Below are positions 50,663-63,613 of a stretch of DNA of 64,000 nt, piece after piece. The stretch's first letter is position 1. Each line of letters opens with the position of its first letter. The notes beneath the pieces were generated by a model. The model ran no database searches and was not told the origin of the DNA. It was given only the letters and a program-made list of their open reading frames with translations. The position numbers and the translations under genes are program-made. Origin of the DNA: Podarcis tiliguerta (Eukaryota); NCBI GenBank assembly GCA_965153285.1, contig OZ229116.1, one strand, 5' to 3'.

Positions 50663-51288
50663 CTTTTAGGCAGTGAGGTTAACCAATTAAATTTTAGATA
50701 TTGACAGTATGGAAGAACTGAAACACTTAAAATAATAATTCTGAATTCCTGGCACAGTTTTAGGATTGAAAGAGATGTTTCTGCACTTTCCTGGTAAACA
50801 AGGCAAGAGTTTTTAAAGTTTAAGAGAAGCTTGTAAGCATACAGAAAAGGTGGGATCATAAGACAGATGTTCAGGAGAGAAATGGAGAAATCATTGGGTT
50901 CTAGGTCACTTGGTTCTACGAATTTGGATATTAGTCATACCCACTTCAGCCTTGGAAATTTGGCCAGAGAAGAATGTGGTCCTTGACAGGAAGGCCCCCA
51001 ACCCCCTGTTCTACAGAGAAGTAAAAACAATAATGCCCTGAAAAATAAAAATAACAGAAGATCAAAGAGAGGTTCAGGGGAACCAAAAAAGCTCCAAGTG
51101 AAGAGAGTAGATGGGTTAAAAAAGAAAGGCAAGAACAAATATTATTAAATGGCTATAAAAGAGGCATTTCAAAATTTACAAACTGCAACATAAAGAATTA
51201 ACCAAAATAGGATGATGTGAAGAAACAGATAAGAAAAGTCACTTATGATGTAACATGCTTTCTTCGACTATAATTACTAATTGCTCAC

Positions 51289-53709
51289 CTCTTTCCCTGG
51301 TTCTGTTTTCCCCACCTGGTCAGGAATATCTTGGGAAGCAGATGGAGGGGCCTGGTTCACATTGAGGTTTGGGTCCCCCACAGAAAAAACAGGAATGAGG
51401 GGCCTGAGGAACCTGAACTCGCTGCTCAAGGACCCCCCGGTTAAGCACACGTCGTAGTGGTAACTCCTGGAAAGCGACCCGCTCTGAGAATCGCCACAGT
51501 TCTCTGGGATGTCGGGTCTGGCAGGGGGGAAGTGAGGAGGGGCAGCAATAAAACTTCCCCTGGGATCCCTCCTGCAGATCTTGATGGCAGCAAAGGAAAC
51601 AATGCAAACGAGGAACACAAAGGAGACTGCAGCAAGGCAGATCACCAAATACAAGGTCAAGGTCCCATCTTCTTCGTGCTCCTCTTTCCTGACCTCCACA
51701 GCCTTCATATAAGGATCCGAAAAGCCACCCACGGGAAGGACATGGAGCATGGCAGTGCTGCTCTGGGGAGGGAGCCCGTTGTCCCTGACCACTATCAGGA
51801 GTCTCTGCTTGCTGGTGTCTCGCTCGCTCAGGGCTCTCTTGGTTCTCACTTCCCCGTTCTGGGCTCCTATGCTGAAAAGACCAGGGTCTGTGGCCTTCAG
51901 CAGCTCATAGGAAAGCCACGAGTTCTGGCCAGAATCTCCATCCACAGCCACCACCTTGGTGACCAGGTAGCCGGCCTCCACCGACTTGGGCACCAGCTCA
52001 TTGCAGGGGGATGTGCTGTTCTGAAGAGGGTAGAGGAAGAAGGGAGCGTTGTCGTTTTCGTCTAGGATTACGACTCGGACAGTAACTTCTGAGCTGAGGG
52101 GAGGAGACCCTCCATCTGTAGCCCTCACCGTCACTTTGAAATCTTTGATCTGCTCGTAATCCAGAGATCGGAGGGCATACAGATTTCCGCTTTCAGAGTT
52201 GACTGAGATGTAAGAGGCCACAAGGCCATCAGTGACCTTCCCAGGCAAAAGTGAGTAGGTGACCTTGGCATTCTTCTCGGTGTCCAGATCAGCAGCACGG
52301 ACTGAGCCAATGAGCAGTCCTGGAATATTGTTTTCCCGTATCTGCATTTCACATGAAGACTTTTCAAATACTGGAGGGTTGTCGTTGACGTCTGAGATCT
52401 GAACATTAATAATTCTTGTTGAAGTGAGCCTGGGGGAGCCTTGGTCAACTGCTGTGATGGTGATATTATATTCTGGGACCTTTTCTCTGTCCAGGTAGCT
52501 TTGGACCAGAAGTTGGTAATAGTTATTCATAGTGGGTTTTAAGACAAAGGGAAGGTTTGTCTCCACAGAGCACACAGTTCTGCCGTTTTCTCCGGAGTCT
52601 CGGTCAGTGACACTGAAGAGAGCCACAAGTGTCTCCAGGGGAGAATCCTCTGCCAAAGGACTAGTGATGGATATGATGGACACTTCAGGGATATTGTCAT
52701 TCACGTCTTCAATCTCTACCAGGACCTTGCAGTGACCTGAAAGACCCCCTCCATCTGTTGCTTTGATGCTCATGCTGTAACTGGTTTCTTTTTCATAATC
52801 AATTTGTCCCAAAACAGTTATTTCCCCAGTGAGATCATTTAAGTGGAAGCAACGGTGTATTTTTTCAGGTACCCGATCAAATGAGTACGTTATTCGTGCA
52901 TTTGAGCCAAAATCCGAATCTCTGGCTTCTACTTTGGAGACCAGGGTGTCCCTAGGGCTGTTTTCCTTTAACCTTACTTTATATTCAGAATGAGTAAACT
53001 GGGGGAAATTATCATTGATGTCCAAAACCTTGATATTTATCTGAACTGTGCCTGTTCTCTGTGCCTCTCCTCCATCCGCAGCTGTGAGAGTCAGTCCAAA
53101 CTCTGCTGCTTCTTCCCTATCTAGAGGTTTCACCAAAATAAGGTCCAAATATTTGTTTCCACTTTCATCACTTTTTACTTGGAGCCAGAAATGCTCATTG
53201 GAACTGAGAGTGTAGTTTTGGACGTTATTTTTATCCAAATCTGTATCTTGTGCAGATTCCAAAGGGAAGTGGGTATTGATAGGGACATTCTCTGGAATAT
53301 CTATCTTGAATTCCTTTTTTGAGAATTTGGGTGTATTGTCATTTACATCTTTTATTTCCATTTCTATACTGTAGATCTTTAAGGGGTTTTGGAGCACAAT
53401 TTCAGAGAGCAGCAAGCAAGGATCAGTCTCACCGCACAAAGCTTCCCTGTCTACATTATCATTTATCAGCAGATTCCCAGAGTGGGTATCAAGGTGAAAA
53501 TATTGCTTACTGTTCTTAGAAACCAGCTGGGCTCTGCGAGCAGAGAGCTCCCCTGTTCCCAGTTTCAAATCCTTCAGCACATTAGCCACCAGAAATCCAC
53601 TTTTCTTTTCTTCAGGCACAGAATAACGTATTGAGATACACATCACTCTAGACACAGAGAATAAGACGAAGAGATACAGACCTTGCCTGTTCCTGGTGCA
53701 GTCTTCCAT
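51289..53709 (-). CDS. PCDHB: Protocadherin beta-like variable exon, subtype B
   Basis: ORF 51277-53751; first in-frame ATG at 53709 (accATGG, MEDCTRNRQ). Six EC repeats, TM, tail SLSRSYHYDVCLTGGSLSSEFRFLRPLIP. Phase-0 donor GAG|GTGAGC at 51289/51288; read-through stop at 51277. Confidence 0.93.
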
Positions 53710-53963
53710 GGTTTCTCTCCCTTCTTGGTAAGATATATAGGTTCCGGCCAAAAGACCAATTTTTAGGTTTTCTCCAGTGGCTCCCTGTGCTGTTGTGTAA
53801 ATTGTTTCTTTTTTCCCCTGTGGTGGTCAATGCTTGCTCCCTTGAATTTTGTATTTCCTTTCTAGAAAAGGAGTCTGCACCTCTCTAGTTCAGTTTTGTC
53901 TGTTCATAGCTTCCTCTCAGTGCTGCTACAATGCAATATTGTGAATAAAAAATAATGTGCTTG

Positions 53964-54002
53964 CCAATATTGCCACCTTGTGGTTCATCTAAGAAAAATG
54001 CA
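53964..54002 (-). promoter_or_regulatory. Beta promoter CTCF-like element with adjacent CCAAT
   Basis: Minus strand TGCA...ccacaaggtggcaatattgg, about 260 bp upstream of ATG 53709; close to the canonical CTCF core CCASYAGRKGGC. Confidence 0.75.
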
Positions 54003-54287
54003 TCAATAGCCTATAAAGTCCACTTAACACCAGCCCAGTGAAAATTGAGTTTAGATTCATGCTCATTTAACTGTTAGCTCATGTGTACATGCGATAATAA
54101 TTTTCTTAATCATGCCAATAAATGGGAAAAAGAATAATTTGATAAGTACATTACATTTCAAACCTTACTTACATTTCCGCGTATCCTGTTCTTTCAGTGA
54201 GCTTAAGTCATCAACCAAGTATTATTGATTGAATATAATTATTTTTATTCATTCAGAATATAATCATATTATACTAATTATCCTCAC

Positions 54288-56699
54288 CTGACATCTCAGA
54301 CGTGTTTCTTCTTCATTACAAGGCACTTCTTGGGACCTTGGATTCACCTGAGTGTTAGGAGGCTCCACAGAGAAAACAGGAAACAGGGGCCTGAGAAACC
54401 GGAACTCGCTGTTCAGAGACCCACCAGCTAAGCACACCTCATAGTTGTAAGCCTGGGATAGAGATCCAGCACCAGAATCCGCAGAGTTCTCCTGGGAATC
54501 AGGTCCCACCGGGAAACTGGCTCCAGAGTTGTAGGTTCCTGTGAACTTTTCACGTTTCTGCAACTTGATTACAACAAAGGCCACCACAGAAATGAGAAAG
54601 ATGCTTGAGATGGCAGCCAAGCAGATGATCAAATACATCGTCAGGCTGGGGTCTTCCTCCTCCACGGTTTCCTCCTTTGGGAGAGCCACACTTTTCAGAT
54701 AAGGGTCAGAGAAGCCGTCCACTAGAAGGATTCTGAGCGTGGCAGAGGTGGACTGGGGAGGATGGCCGTTGTCTCGGACCACCACAATCAGATTCTGCTT
54801 GAAGCTGTCTCGGTTGCTGACCGGCCTCAGGGTGGTCACTTCTCCATTCTGGGCCCCCACCGTGAACAGACCCGGCTCTGTGGCCTTCAGCAGCTGGTAG
54901 GAAAGCCAAGAGTTCTGCGCAGAATCCCTGTCCACAGCCACCACCTTGGTGACCAGGTAGCCAGTCTCTGCCCCTCGGGGAACCAGGTCATTGGAGGGGG
55001 AAGTGCCATTCTGGAGAGGGTAGAGGATGAAGGGGGCATTGTCATTTTCATCCACGACCTGAACGCGGATGGGAACTTCTGAGCTCAGTGGAGGGGAACC
55101 TGAATCCACAGCCCTCACCGTCACCTGGAAATCTTTCACTTCCTCATAATCCAGAGACCGGATGGCATACAGGTTCCCCGTTTCAGAGTTGATGGAGATG
55201 TAAGAGGATGTGGGGCCATCATTGACCTTCCCAGGCAAAAGTGAGTAGGTCACTTTGGCATTCTGCGCTGTGTCCAGATCAACAGCATGGACGTAACCGA
55301 TCAGAAGACCAGGAATATTGTTTTCTCTTAACTGCATTTCATAGAATGGCTTTTCAAACACTGGAGGGTTGTCATTGACATCTGACACTTCAACATGAAG
55401 TATTCTTGTGGAAGTGAGTCTGGGAGAGCCCCTGTCTGTGGCTGTGATGGTGATGTTATACTCAGGGGCTTGTTCTCTGTCCAGTGGTTGTTGGGTCACC
55501 AGCTGGTAATAGTTGTTCTCTGTGGATTTGAGCACAAATGGCACGTTGACTTCAGTGGTGCAGGCAGTTCTGCCACTGTCCCCAGAGTCCACGTCTGTGA
55601 CACTGAAGAGGGCCACCACTGTGTCTGGAGGAGAGTCCTCACGTAAGGGACTGGTGATGGATGTGATTGATATCTCTGGAGCATTGTCATTCTCATCTTC
55701 AATGTCTACAATGACTTTGCAGTAAGCAGAAAGTCCCCCTCCATCTGTGGCTCTGATGTTCATCTCATAATTTGTGTTTTCTTCATAATCAATTGTTGCT
55801 GCAGTAGTAAGTTCCCCGGTGTGTTTATTTAATTTGAATATTCTCAACACATTTTCTGAGACTTGCCTGAATGAATAAGTGATATGTGCGAAGGAACCAA
55901 GATCCCTGTCAGTGGCTTCAACTTTGGTGACCAGTGTATCTGGTGGAATGTTTTCGAGTAGTTGCACATTATATACTGATTTATTAAAGTGAGGGGCATT
56001 GTCATTGGTGTCCAGAACTTGAACAATAATTTGTGTACTTCCGCTTCTTATTGGGACCCCTCCATCAACAGCTGACAGCATTAATGTAATCTGTGGCTTC
56101 TCCTCACGGTCCAAAGGCTTTTCTAATACCAGTTCTGCATATTTGCTACCATCACTGTGACTTTCCACATCCAGCCTAAAATGTTCATTTGGACTAAGGG
56201 TGTAGTTCTGAACAGCATTTTCTCCTTTATCTGAATCTTCAGCTTTTTCCAAAAGGAATCGGGTATTCGTGGGTGTCTGCTCAGGTATTTCCAAGACAAA
56301 TAGTTTTTCAGAGAATATTGGGGAATTATCATTCACGTCCTCTATTTCAATCTCAATTCTGTGCAGCTGCCATGGCTTTTCCAACACCATTTCACAAAGC
56401 AGAACACAAGGGTCATTCTGACCACACAGGGACTCTCGGTCTATTTTATTTTTTATTATCACATCCCCAGACTGGGAATCCAGCTCAAAATACTGCTTGG
56501 CAGTCTTCGAAAGCAGCTGCGCTCTCCGAGCAGACAGCTCCTTTACTTCCATTTTCAAATCTTTCAGCAGATTAGCCACCAGAGACCCAATTTTCTTTTC
56601 CTCAGGCACTGAATAGCGGAAGGACTCACACACCACACCACAGGTACAGAGACAGATAAAGAAGAGACAAACTTGCCTGCTATAATGGAGGATTTTCAT
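54288..56699 (-). CDS. PCDHB: Protocadherin beta-like variable exon, subtype A
   Basis: ORF 54264-56933; first in-frame ATG at 56699 (MKILHYSRQV). Six EC repeats, TM, beta tail. Phase-0 donor CAG|GTGAGG at 54288/54287; read-through stop at 54264. Confidence 0.93.
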
Positions 56700-56959
56700 T
56701 TTCTTTCCCAGCTTTGTTCTCAAGGCAGATTGGAATCCAAGGTGCCTCTTTGTAAAGCAGTTGGCAGAATTGCCCTTTTCTCTGTTATAAGGTCCCTTTG
56801 TTGTCCTTGTTTCATGAAGTAGATGCAGCAGTGCCTGCCTCCTACAGATTCTGCAGATTTTGTTGCAATCAAGAGCTGCTACCCCTTTTTCAGATTCCTT
56901 TCTTCTAATGGTCACAGCTTCCTGACATGGCACAGCAGCTCTGATTTCTACTGCCTGTG

Positions 56960-56996
56960 CAATTGCACCACCTTGTGTTAGAAGTTAAACGCAGCA
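56960..56996 (-). promoter_or_regulatory. Beta promoter CTCF-like element
   Basis: Minus strand acacaaggtggtgcaattg, about 263 bp upstream of ATG 56699. Confidence 0.7.
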
Positions 56997-57967
56997 GCTG
57001 TAAGAGCACTCAGACATTGTTGATAAGCACAGAACAGTTCTTCTCAAACTCTTTCCGCCCCCTGCACCAAGACTGATCACTGCCAAATAGCTGAGTGTCT
57101 TGGTCGACCACCTAATGATTTTTTAGCTTGTTGTAGCAACTGTAATGAGCTGTTGCTAGATTGTATTTGTATAGTGTTGTAATCTGAATTCCATAGACAA
57201 AATACAAAATACTGTAATACTGCAATACTGTAAAGCAAAATTCAACACAAGAAGTAAAATAAGCAATAAAAGTACAACGGGAAGCTAATGTGCTAAACCC
57301 ACCATTCATAGGCGCTGGTCTCCACGGATGACCTAAATAAAGCTTGCAGACCACTGGTGGTCTACAGGCAACAGTTTGGAAACCCCTAGCATAGAATATT
57401 CTTCGATATTTAATGCCTGTTACGTTTACATTTTATAAACAGTAAATAATTATACTCATACATACACACAAACACATTTCTTCATCATAAAACTCAGTGA
57501 GCTGTTTAGAATATGAAGGGAACAACATTGGCATGACTATAACCTCATAGCAAAAAGGTATGCAGGGAGGCCAAGGAAAAAGAAATGAAAGATGAACACT
57601 GATCTTTAAGGTCCCTCTTCATCTGATAATGTTTAGGATGCCCAGGGAAAACCACGAAGATGTCCAGCCCTCATCTAGACCTATCATCAGAAAGTTCACA
57701 GTTCCATTCACAGAGATTCAGGAACTGAAATTCCATTAGTAAAATGTCTCCAGCATCCCCTTGTGGAAGTGACCCTGGCAAGGCTCTCTCATTACTTCAT
57801 TTAAGATGGCCTTTAACCTTCTCGCCCAAGCCATGCTGCTTTGCTATGAATCTCTGATTGAGTTCTAGAAGTGCCTGTTGCTGATGATGCAATGACGAGG
57901 AGAAATAGAGCAGCTGGAACTCTCACTTGGTCCCCGCTAGTAAACCCACCACCACTTTGGCCAGGTA

Positions 57968-57970
<3 letters not shown>

Positions 57971-58013
<43 letters not shown>
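57971..58013. repeat. (CA)n microsatellite
   Basis: Perfect CA run of about 43 bp. Confidence 0.95.
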
Positions 58014-58014
<1 letters not shown>

Positions 58015-60638
58015 AAATGGCTCTGGAGAAAAGGCTTTTTATTTCCCACCAAACCTATTCTGCATTGCAATGGTGGGAGGCAGCCTGCCTTGATGAATGG
58101 GACTGGTGTCAATTGCATTTGGCTATCTAACTAAAAAGGCAGTGGCTTGCTAATAATGATGGGAGAGGAAGTAAAGAGCTGTAACTTGGTGAATACCCTG
58201 AGTCACCATTTGGGTTATTTAGATGAGTAAGGGGGCTTCTTCTGAAAAGTCAGAATCCTCTGCTCAGTTACATAAAACTAGTTGAGCTCAGAGAAGGTGT
58301 GACTCTGATCTGGTCTGCCTTGGCAAGTCTTTGGCTCTGTGTGCATGGAGGAGCAGGATGGGGTCTCCCTGACTAGTGTCTCCACCATCTCACCCAAGTG
58401 GTTTTTTTGCCCTGGGCAACTACCATGAAAAAGAATGTATCTCACTGCGGTCTTACAAAATAATGCAGCTCCAGCCCTTATTTAATCCTAAAATCTTGAG
58501 TCCTCTTTCCTTATTCTTGGGTTGATGTACTGTATAACTCTGCAATACTCACTTCCCATAAATATGCATCTGCACTTTCAGTTGCCTGCAGACTTCGGAG
58601 CTGAATAAAGCATCTAACATTTTGTAATGCTGCCCCTAATATCTGCAGTTCCCAGCGCCTATACCTAACCCTATGACAGTAGACTTCTTCCACCGAAAAG
58701 GCCCTAAGCACCTGGCTGCCCCACTTCCTGCCTGCCTCAGTCTCAACTCCCTCTCCACATCCTGCATCATCTGTCAGCCTTGATCACCACTCTCCCAAAC
58801 CGAAATAAAAGCATACAAAGAAAGCGTCAGGAAGTCAAGTGAGTGGCAGCACCTGAGTGCCCACAGCCCCCATATTGTTGTCAGGTTTAGTACTGCCCCA
58901 CACCTGCTGAAGGAGGAGAGTATTGGAGCTGAAAGACAAATGCTAAGTATTGATACACACAGGCTAAGGTGTAAGAAGCGCAAAATTTGAGACTCTACAT
59001 CGTCTTTACATGGCTTTTGGGAACATGAGTGAACTTACAGGTTGCAACTGTGACCTGCAGCTGTTTACAAATAACATGCTATGCGCTGAATGGTGTGAGG
59101 GGTTGGATTTTGAGTGAAGAAATATACTGTTAGCTAGAACAAGAAAGACTAACTGTGAGACAGATTAATTAATTAAATATGTTTCAACAAAGTTCCGGAA
59201 AAGTTGTCAAAAAGAGATCAATATCAGGTAGTATATTTTTTCCTGTATGATTCCTGCATTTACTCTATTAGAATTCTTATATTTTCAGGGTTTGTTTAAA
59301 CATGAAAGCTATTCAGCCAACAACCTGTCCCATATGTTTAAAATATTCCACATTTACACATTAAGCTCTTGTTCTCAAATGTGATGAAGATCACTGAACA
59401 TGTTAGAGACAACACACTGTTGTCTTGCTTTCTGTTACACCTCTTCTGCATATACCATATCAGATTTGGGGGATAAAGCATGATTAGTAATAGAGACAAG
59501 CAATTTAAACATACACAAACAAATCACCCTGTTTAATTATTTGAATCAGTACTTGCAATCTTAACTCAAAACCTCAACTAAAACTCTGAACATATCTTAA
59601 CCATACATTTAAAGCACAAGGCTTCCTCCAAATAATAACAGGAACTGCAGTTTATCTCTCATAAAGCTTTAGATGTGCTATAAATATATGGTGCGGATGT
59701 GGCCTCCATTTCAGCCTGCACTTTTAAGGAATCTGGGTGAGTATAAACTGAAAAGGAAGATATGTGCTGTTGGGAGAAGAGAAGAGAAACCTGGACCAAG
59801 AGTAGACAGAGGCAGTGGGAGAGGGGAACCAGAGAGGTGATGTGAGAAGGGGCACTGAAGGATAAAGGAAGGTGGCCTCATGTAAAACACCTACATAATG
59901 GAAAGCATTCAGGGAAGAGATATCCGGTGGGCAGAGAAACAATAGCTTGTGGTGGAGTCAAGTCACCCCATTATCTCTACATTGGGTTACTTTAAAATGT
60001 TGCAGGATCTGAAGGTGTTGCCAGCGGGGATTTGGGACTTACTCAATATTTGACCGGCTTCCATACATTTATACTTTTGTGCTTATGGTTCCTATCCTCC
60101 ACCATCACCCTTCCAGGTTGTTACATTCTTATTCCTTTTTCGCTCATAACACAAAATCCTACCACTGGTTTATCTACGCCAGTAATGTCTGATTAGAAGT
60201 CGCTCTCCAAGTTTTCAATGCCTTGGTGGACTAGGACTGAGATACAATAGATTTCAGAGACCATCTAGTGAGTTAATGGCTCAACAGAGATTTGAAACAA
60301 GGTCTCTGAGTGCAACCCCCCTAATAAGGGCACAAGGATGCCTGAAAGGAAAGAGCAGGATCCTAAAACAGGTGCAATGGGACAGTTAAGACCTGCATCT
60401 GTGGAATAACTACAGGCAAAAAACCATCACTGATCCACAATGGATGTGTGAGGGTAACTGCAATCAAAACCCCACTCAGCCCTAACCAGCTCTCACATAT
60501 AGTCGTCTCACTTTACCAAATAGTACAGCCAGGTTGTTCAGGTGTTTCACAGAATATCATTGCAGAAATCATATTTGAATCATTCCCTCCCTCCCCCCCT
60601 CTCTATATTCAGCAAAAGGTTCTTTAAAATTATCTCAC

Positions 60639-63059
60639 CTGTTCCATTGGCTTCCTGCTCTCCAGAGCATCAGGAATATCTTGGGAAGCAGACGGAGGGG
60701 TCTGGTTCACATTGAGGTTTGGGTCCCCCACAGAAAAAACAGGAATGAGGGGCCGGAGGAACCTGAACTCGCTGCTCAAGGACCCCCCAGTTAAGCACAC
60801 ATCGTAGTGGTAACTCCTGGAAAGCGACCCGCTCTGAGAATTGCCACAGTTCTCTGGGATGTCGGGCCTGGCAGGGGGGAAGTGAGGAGGGGCAGCGATA
60901 AAACTTCCCCTGGGATCCCTCCTGCAGATCTTGATGGCAGCAAAGGAAACAATGCAAACGAGGAACACAAAGGAGACTGCAGCCAGGCAGATCACCAAGT
61001 ACAAGGTCAAGGTCCCATCTTCTTCCTGCTCCTCTTTCCTGACCTCCACAGCCTTCATATAAGGATCCGAAAAGCCACCCACGGGAAGGACATGGAGCAT
61101 GGCAGTGCTGCTCTGGGGAGGGAGCCCGTTGTCCCTGACCACTATCAGGAGTCTCTGCTTGCTGGTGTCTCGCTCGCTCAGGGCTCTCCTGGTTCTCACT
61201 TCCCCGTTCTGGGCTCCTATGCTGAAAAGACCAGGGTCTGTGGCCTTCAGCAGCTCATAGGAAAGCCACGAGTTCTGGCCAGAATCTCCATCCACAGCCA
61301 CCACCTTGGTGACCAGGTAGCCGGCCTCCACCGACTTGGGCACCAGCTCATTGCAGGGGGATGTGCTGTTCTGAAGAGGGTAGAGGAAGAAGGGAGCGTT
61401 GTCGTTTTCGTCTATGACAATGACTTGGACATTAACTTCTGAGCTGAGGGGAGGAGACCCTCCATCTGTAGCCCTCACCGTCACTTTGAAATCTTTGATC
61501 TGCTCATAATCCAGAGATCGGAGGGCATACAGATTTCCGCTTTCAGAGTTGACTGAGATGTAAGAGGCCACAAGGCCATCAGGGACCTTCCCAGGCAAAA
61601 GGGAGTAGGTGACCTTGGCATTCTTCTCGGTGTCCAGATCAGCAGCACGGACTGAGCCAATGAGCAGTCCTGGAATATTGTTTTCCCGTATCTGCATTTC
61701 ACATGAAGACTTTTCAAATACTGGAGGGTTGTCATTGACGTCTGAGATCTGAACATTAATGACTCTTGTTGAAGTCAGCCTGGGGGAGCCCTGGTCAACT
61801 GCTGTGATGGTGATATTATACTCTGAGACCTTCTCTCTGTCCAAGGGACTTTGGACCACAAGCTGGTAATAGTTATTCATAGTGGATTTTAACATAAAAG
61901 GAAGGTTTGCCTCCACAGAGCACACGGTTCTGCCATTGTCTCCGGAGTCTCGGTCTGTGACAGTGAAGAGAGCCACAAGTGTCTCCAGGGGAGAATCCTC
62001 TGCCAAAGGACTAGTGATGGATATGATGGACACTTCAGGGACATTGTCATTCACATCCTCAATCTCTACCAGGACCTTGCAGTGACTTGAAAGGCCCCCT
62101 CCATCTGTTGCTCTAATGTTCATCTCATACCTGGTTTCTTTTTCATAATCAAGCTGACCAGAAAGAGTGATTTCCCCCGTGATTTCATTTAAATAAAAGA
62201 AACTGTATATTGTTTCCGGTGCCTGGTGGAATGAGTAGGTGATCTGTGCATTCGAACCAACATCCAAATCTGTAGCTTCCACTTTGAAGACCAGAGTGCC
62301 CTGTGGGCTGTTTTCTTTTAACCTAGCTTTATATTCAGGCTGGGTAAAGAGAGGAAAGTTGTCATTATTGTCAAGAACATTAATATTTATTTGAACTGTG
62401 CCTGTTCTCTGTGGCACCCCTCCATCCACAGCTGTGAGAATCAGTCCAAAGTGTGAGACCTTCTCCCTGTCCAGTGGCTTCTCCAGGACAAGATCCACAT
62501 ATTTCCTTCCATCCTTGTTGCTTTTCACATGTAGTCGGAAATGCTCATTGGGACTGAGTGTGTAGTTTTGGATACCGTTTTCTCCTAAGTCCTCATCTTG
62601 GGCAGATTCCAAGAGGAACTGAGTGTTTGTAGGAACAATCTCTGGAATTTCCAGATCAAATTTATCTTTAGAAAATTTGGGAGTATTGTCATTCACATCT
62701 TCTATCTTCATTTCTATACTGTAGATATTTAAGGGGTTTTGAAGCACAATTTCAGAGAGCAGCATACAAGGATCAGTCTGGCCACATAAAGCTTCTCTGT
62801 CTATTTTATCATTTATCAGCAGATTCCCAGACTGGGTATCAAGGTGGAAATATTGCTTTGTGCTTTTGGACACTAGCTGGGCTCTGTGAGCAGAGAGTTC
62901 CCCTTTTCCCAGTTTCAGATCCTCCAGCACATTAGCCACCAAAAACCCCTTCTTCTTTTCTTCAGGTACAGAATAGCGAAATGAAATGCAGACTGTTTTC
63001 AACACAAAGAGAAAAAGCAAAAGATACAGACCTTTCATCTTTCTGAAGCTATCGTTCAT
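60639..63059 (-). CDS. PCDHB: Protocadherin beta-like variable exon, subtype B
   Basis: 809-aa ORF 60630-63059, six EC repeats, TM, beta tail. Phase-0 donor CAG|GTGAGA at 60639/60638. Confidence 0.93.
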
Positions 63060-63288
63060 GGTTTCCCCCTCTTCCAGAGTGTTAAAGCACTGACCAAAGC
63101 TTCTTTCATCCTCTGATCATCTTTGCAGCTTGATGAATAATCTTTGTGCTGCAATTTTTATGTTTTTCATTCTCCTGAGCCTCATATCTTCACACCAGCA
63201 TCTACCTCCCATATCATTGCTATACTGCCTCTTCAAGGTTTCAATAAACGCAACAATACAATATTCTCAGCATCCATGAAAATGTTGG

Positions 63289-63310
63289 CCAATTCTGCCA
63301 CCTTGTGGTT
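63289..63310 (-). promoter_or_regulatory. Beta promoter CTCF-like element with adjacent CCAAT
   Basis: Minus strand ccacaaggtggcagaattgg, about 233 bp upstream of ATG 63059. Confidence 0.75.
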
Positions 63311-63613
63311 AAATAAAAATAAAACCAATCTTGCACTTATACAAGAGATACACTTGTGTGGAAATCTCCATTTTATTCCTAATAATCTATTATGTGGTTT
63401 AATTGTCAGCAGCTAATATATACATAGGTTCATTAAGAATTACCAAAATCAATGGATGAATGAAAAAAAAAAAGAGAGAACAACATTCCCCCCATTTACA
63501 ATTCATTGTGCTCATGCTTAAATGCCTCTGTAATAACTAGATTATAGTACAGAGAGGGAACTAATCATAAACATACCTTGCAATGTTAAAAATAAAGAAA
63601 AGTATATTCTCAC

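Noticed and set aside
56700-56933. 78-codon N-terminal extension in the ORF track (also 45678-45773 and 53710-53751)
   Set aside because: These start at GTG/TTG, are not conserved among paralogs and lie in the promoter/5' UTR; the first in-frame ATG directly precedes a normal signal peptide.
3197-62085. Recurrent antisense and alternate-frame ORFs over the Pcdh exons (e.g. 32289-32981, 51457-52065, 60807-61442)
   Set aside because: Shadow ORFs of codon-biased, GC-rich homogenised coding sequence; they recur only because the underlying EC6 DNA is near-identical.
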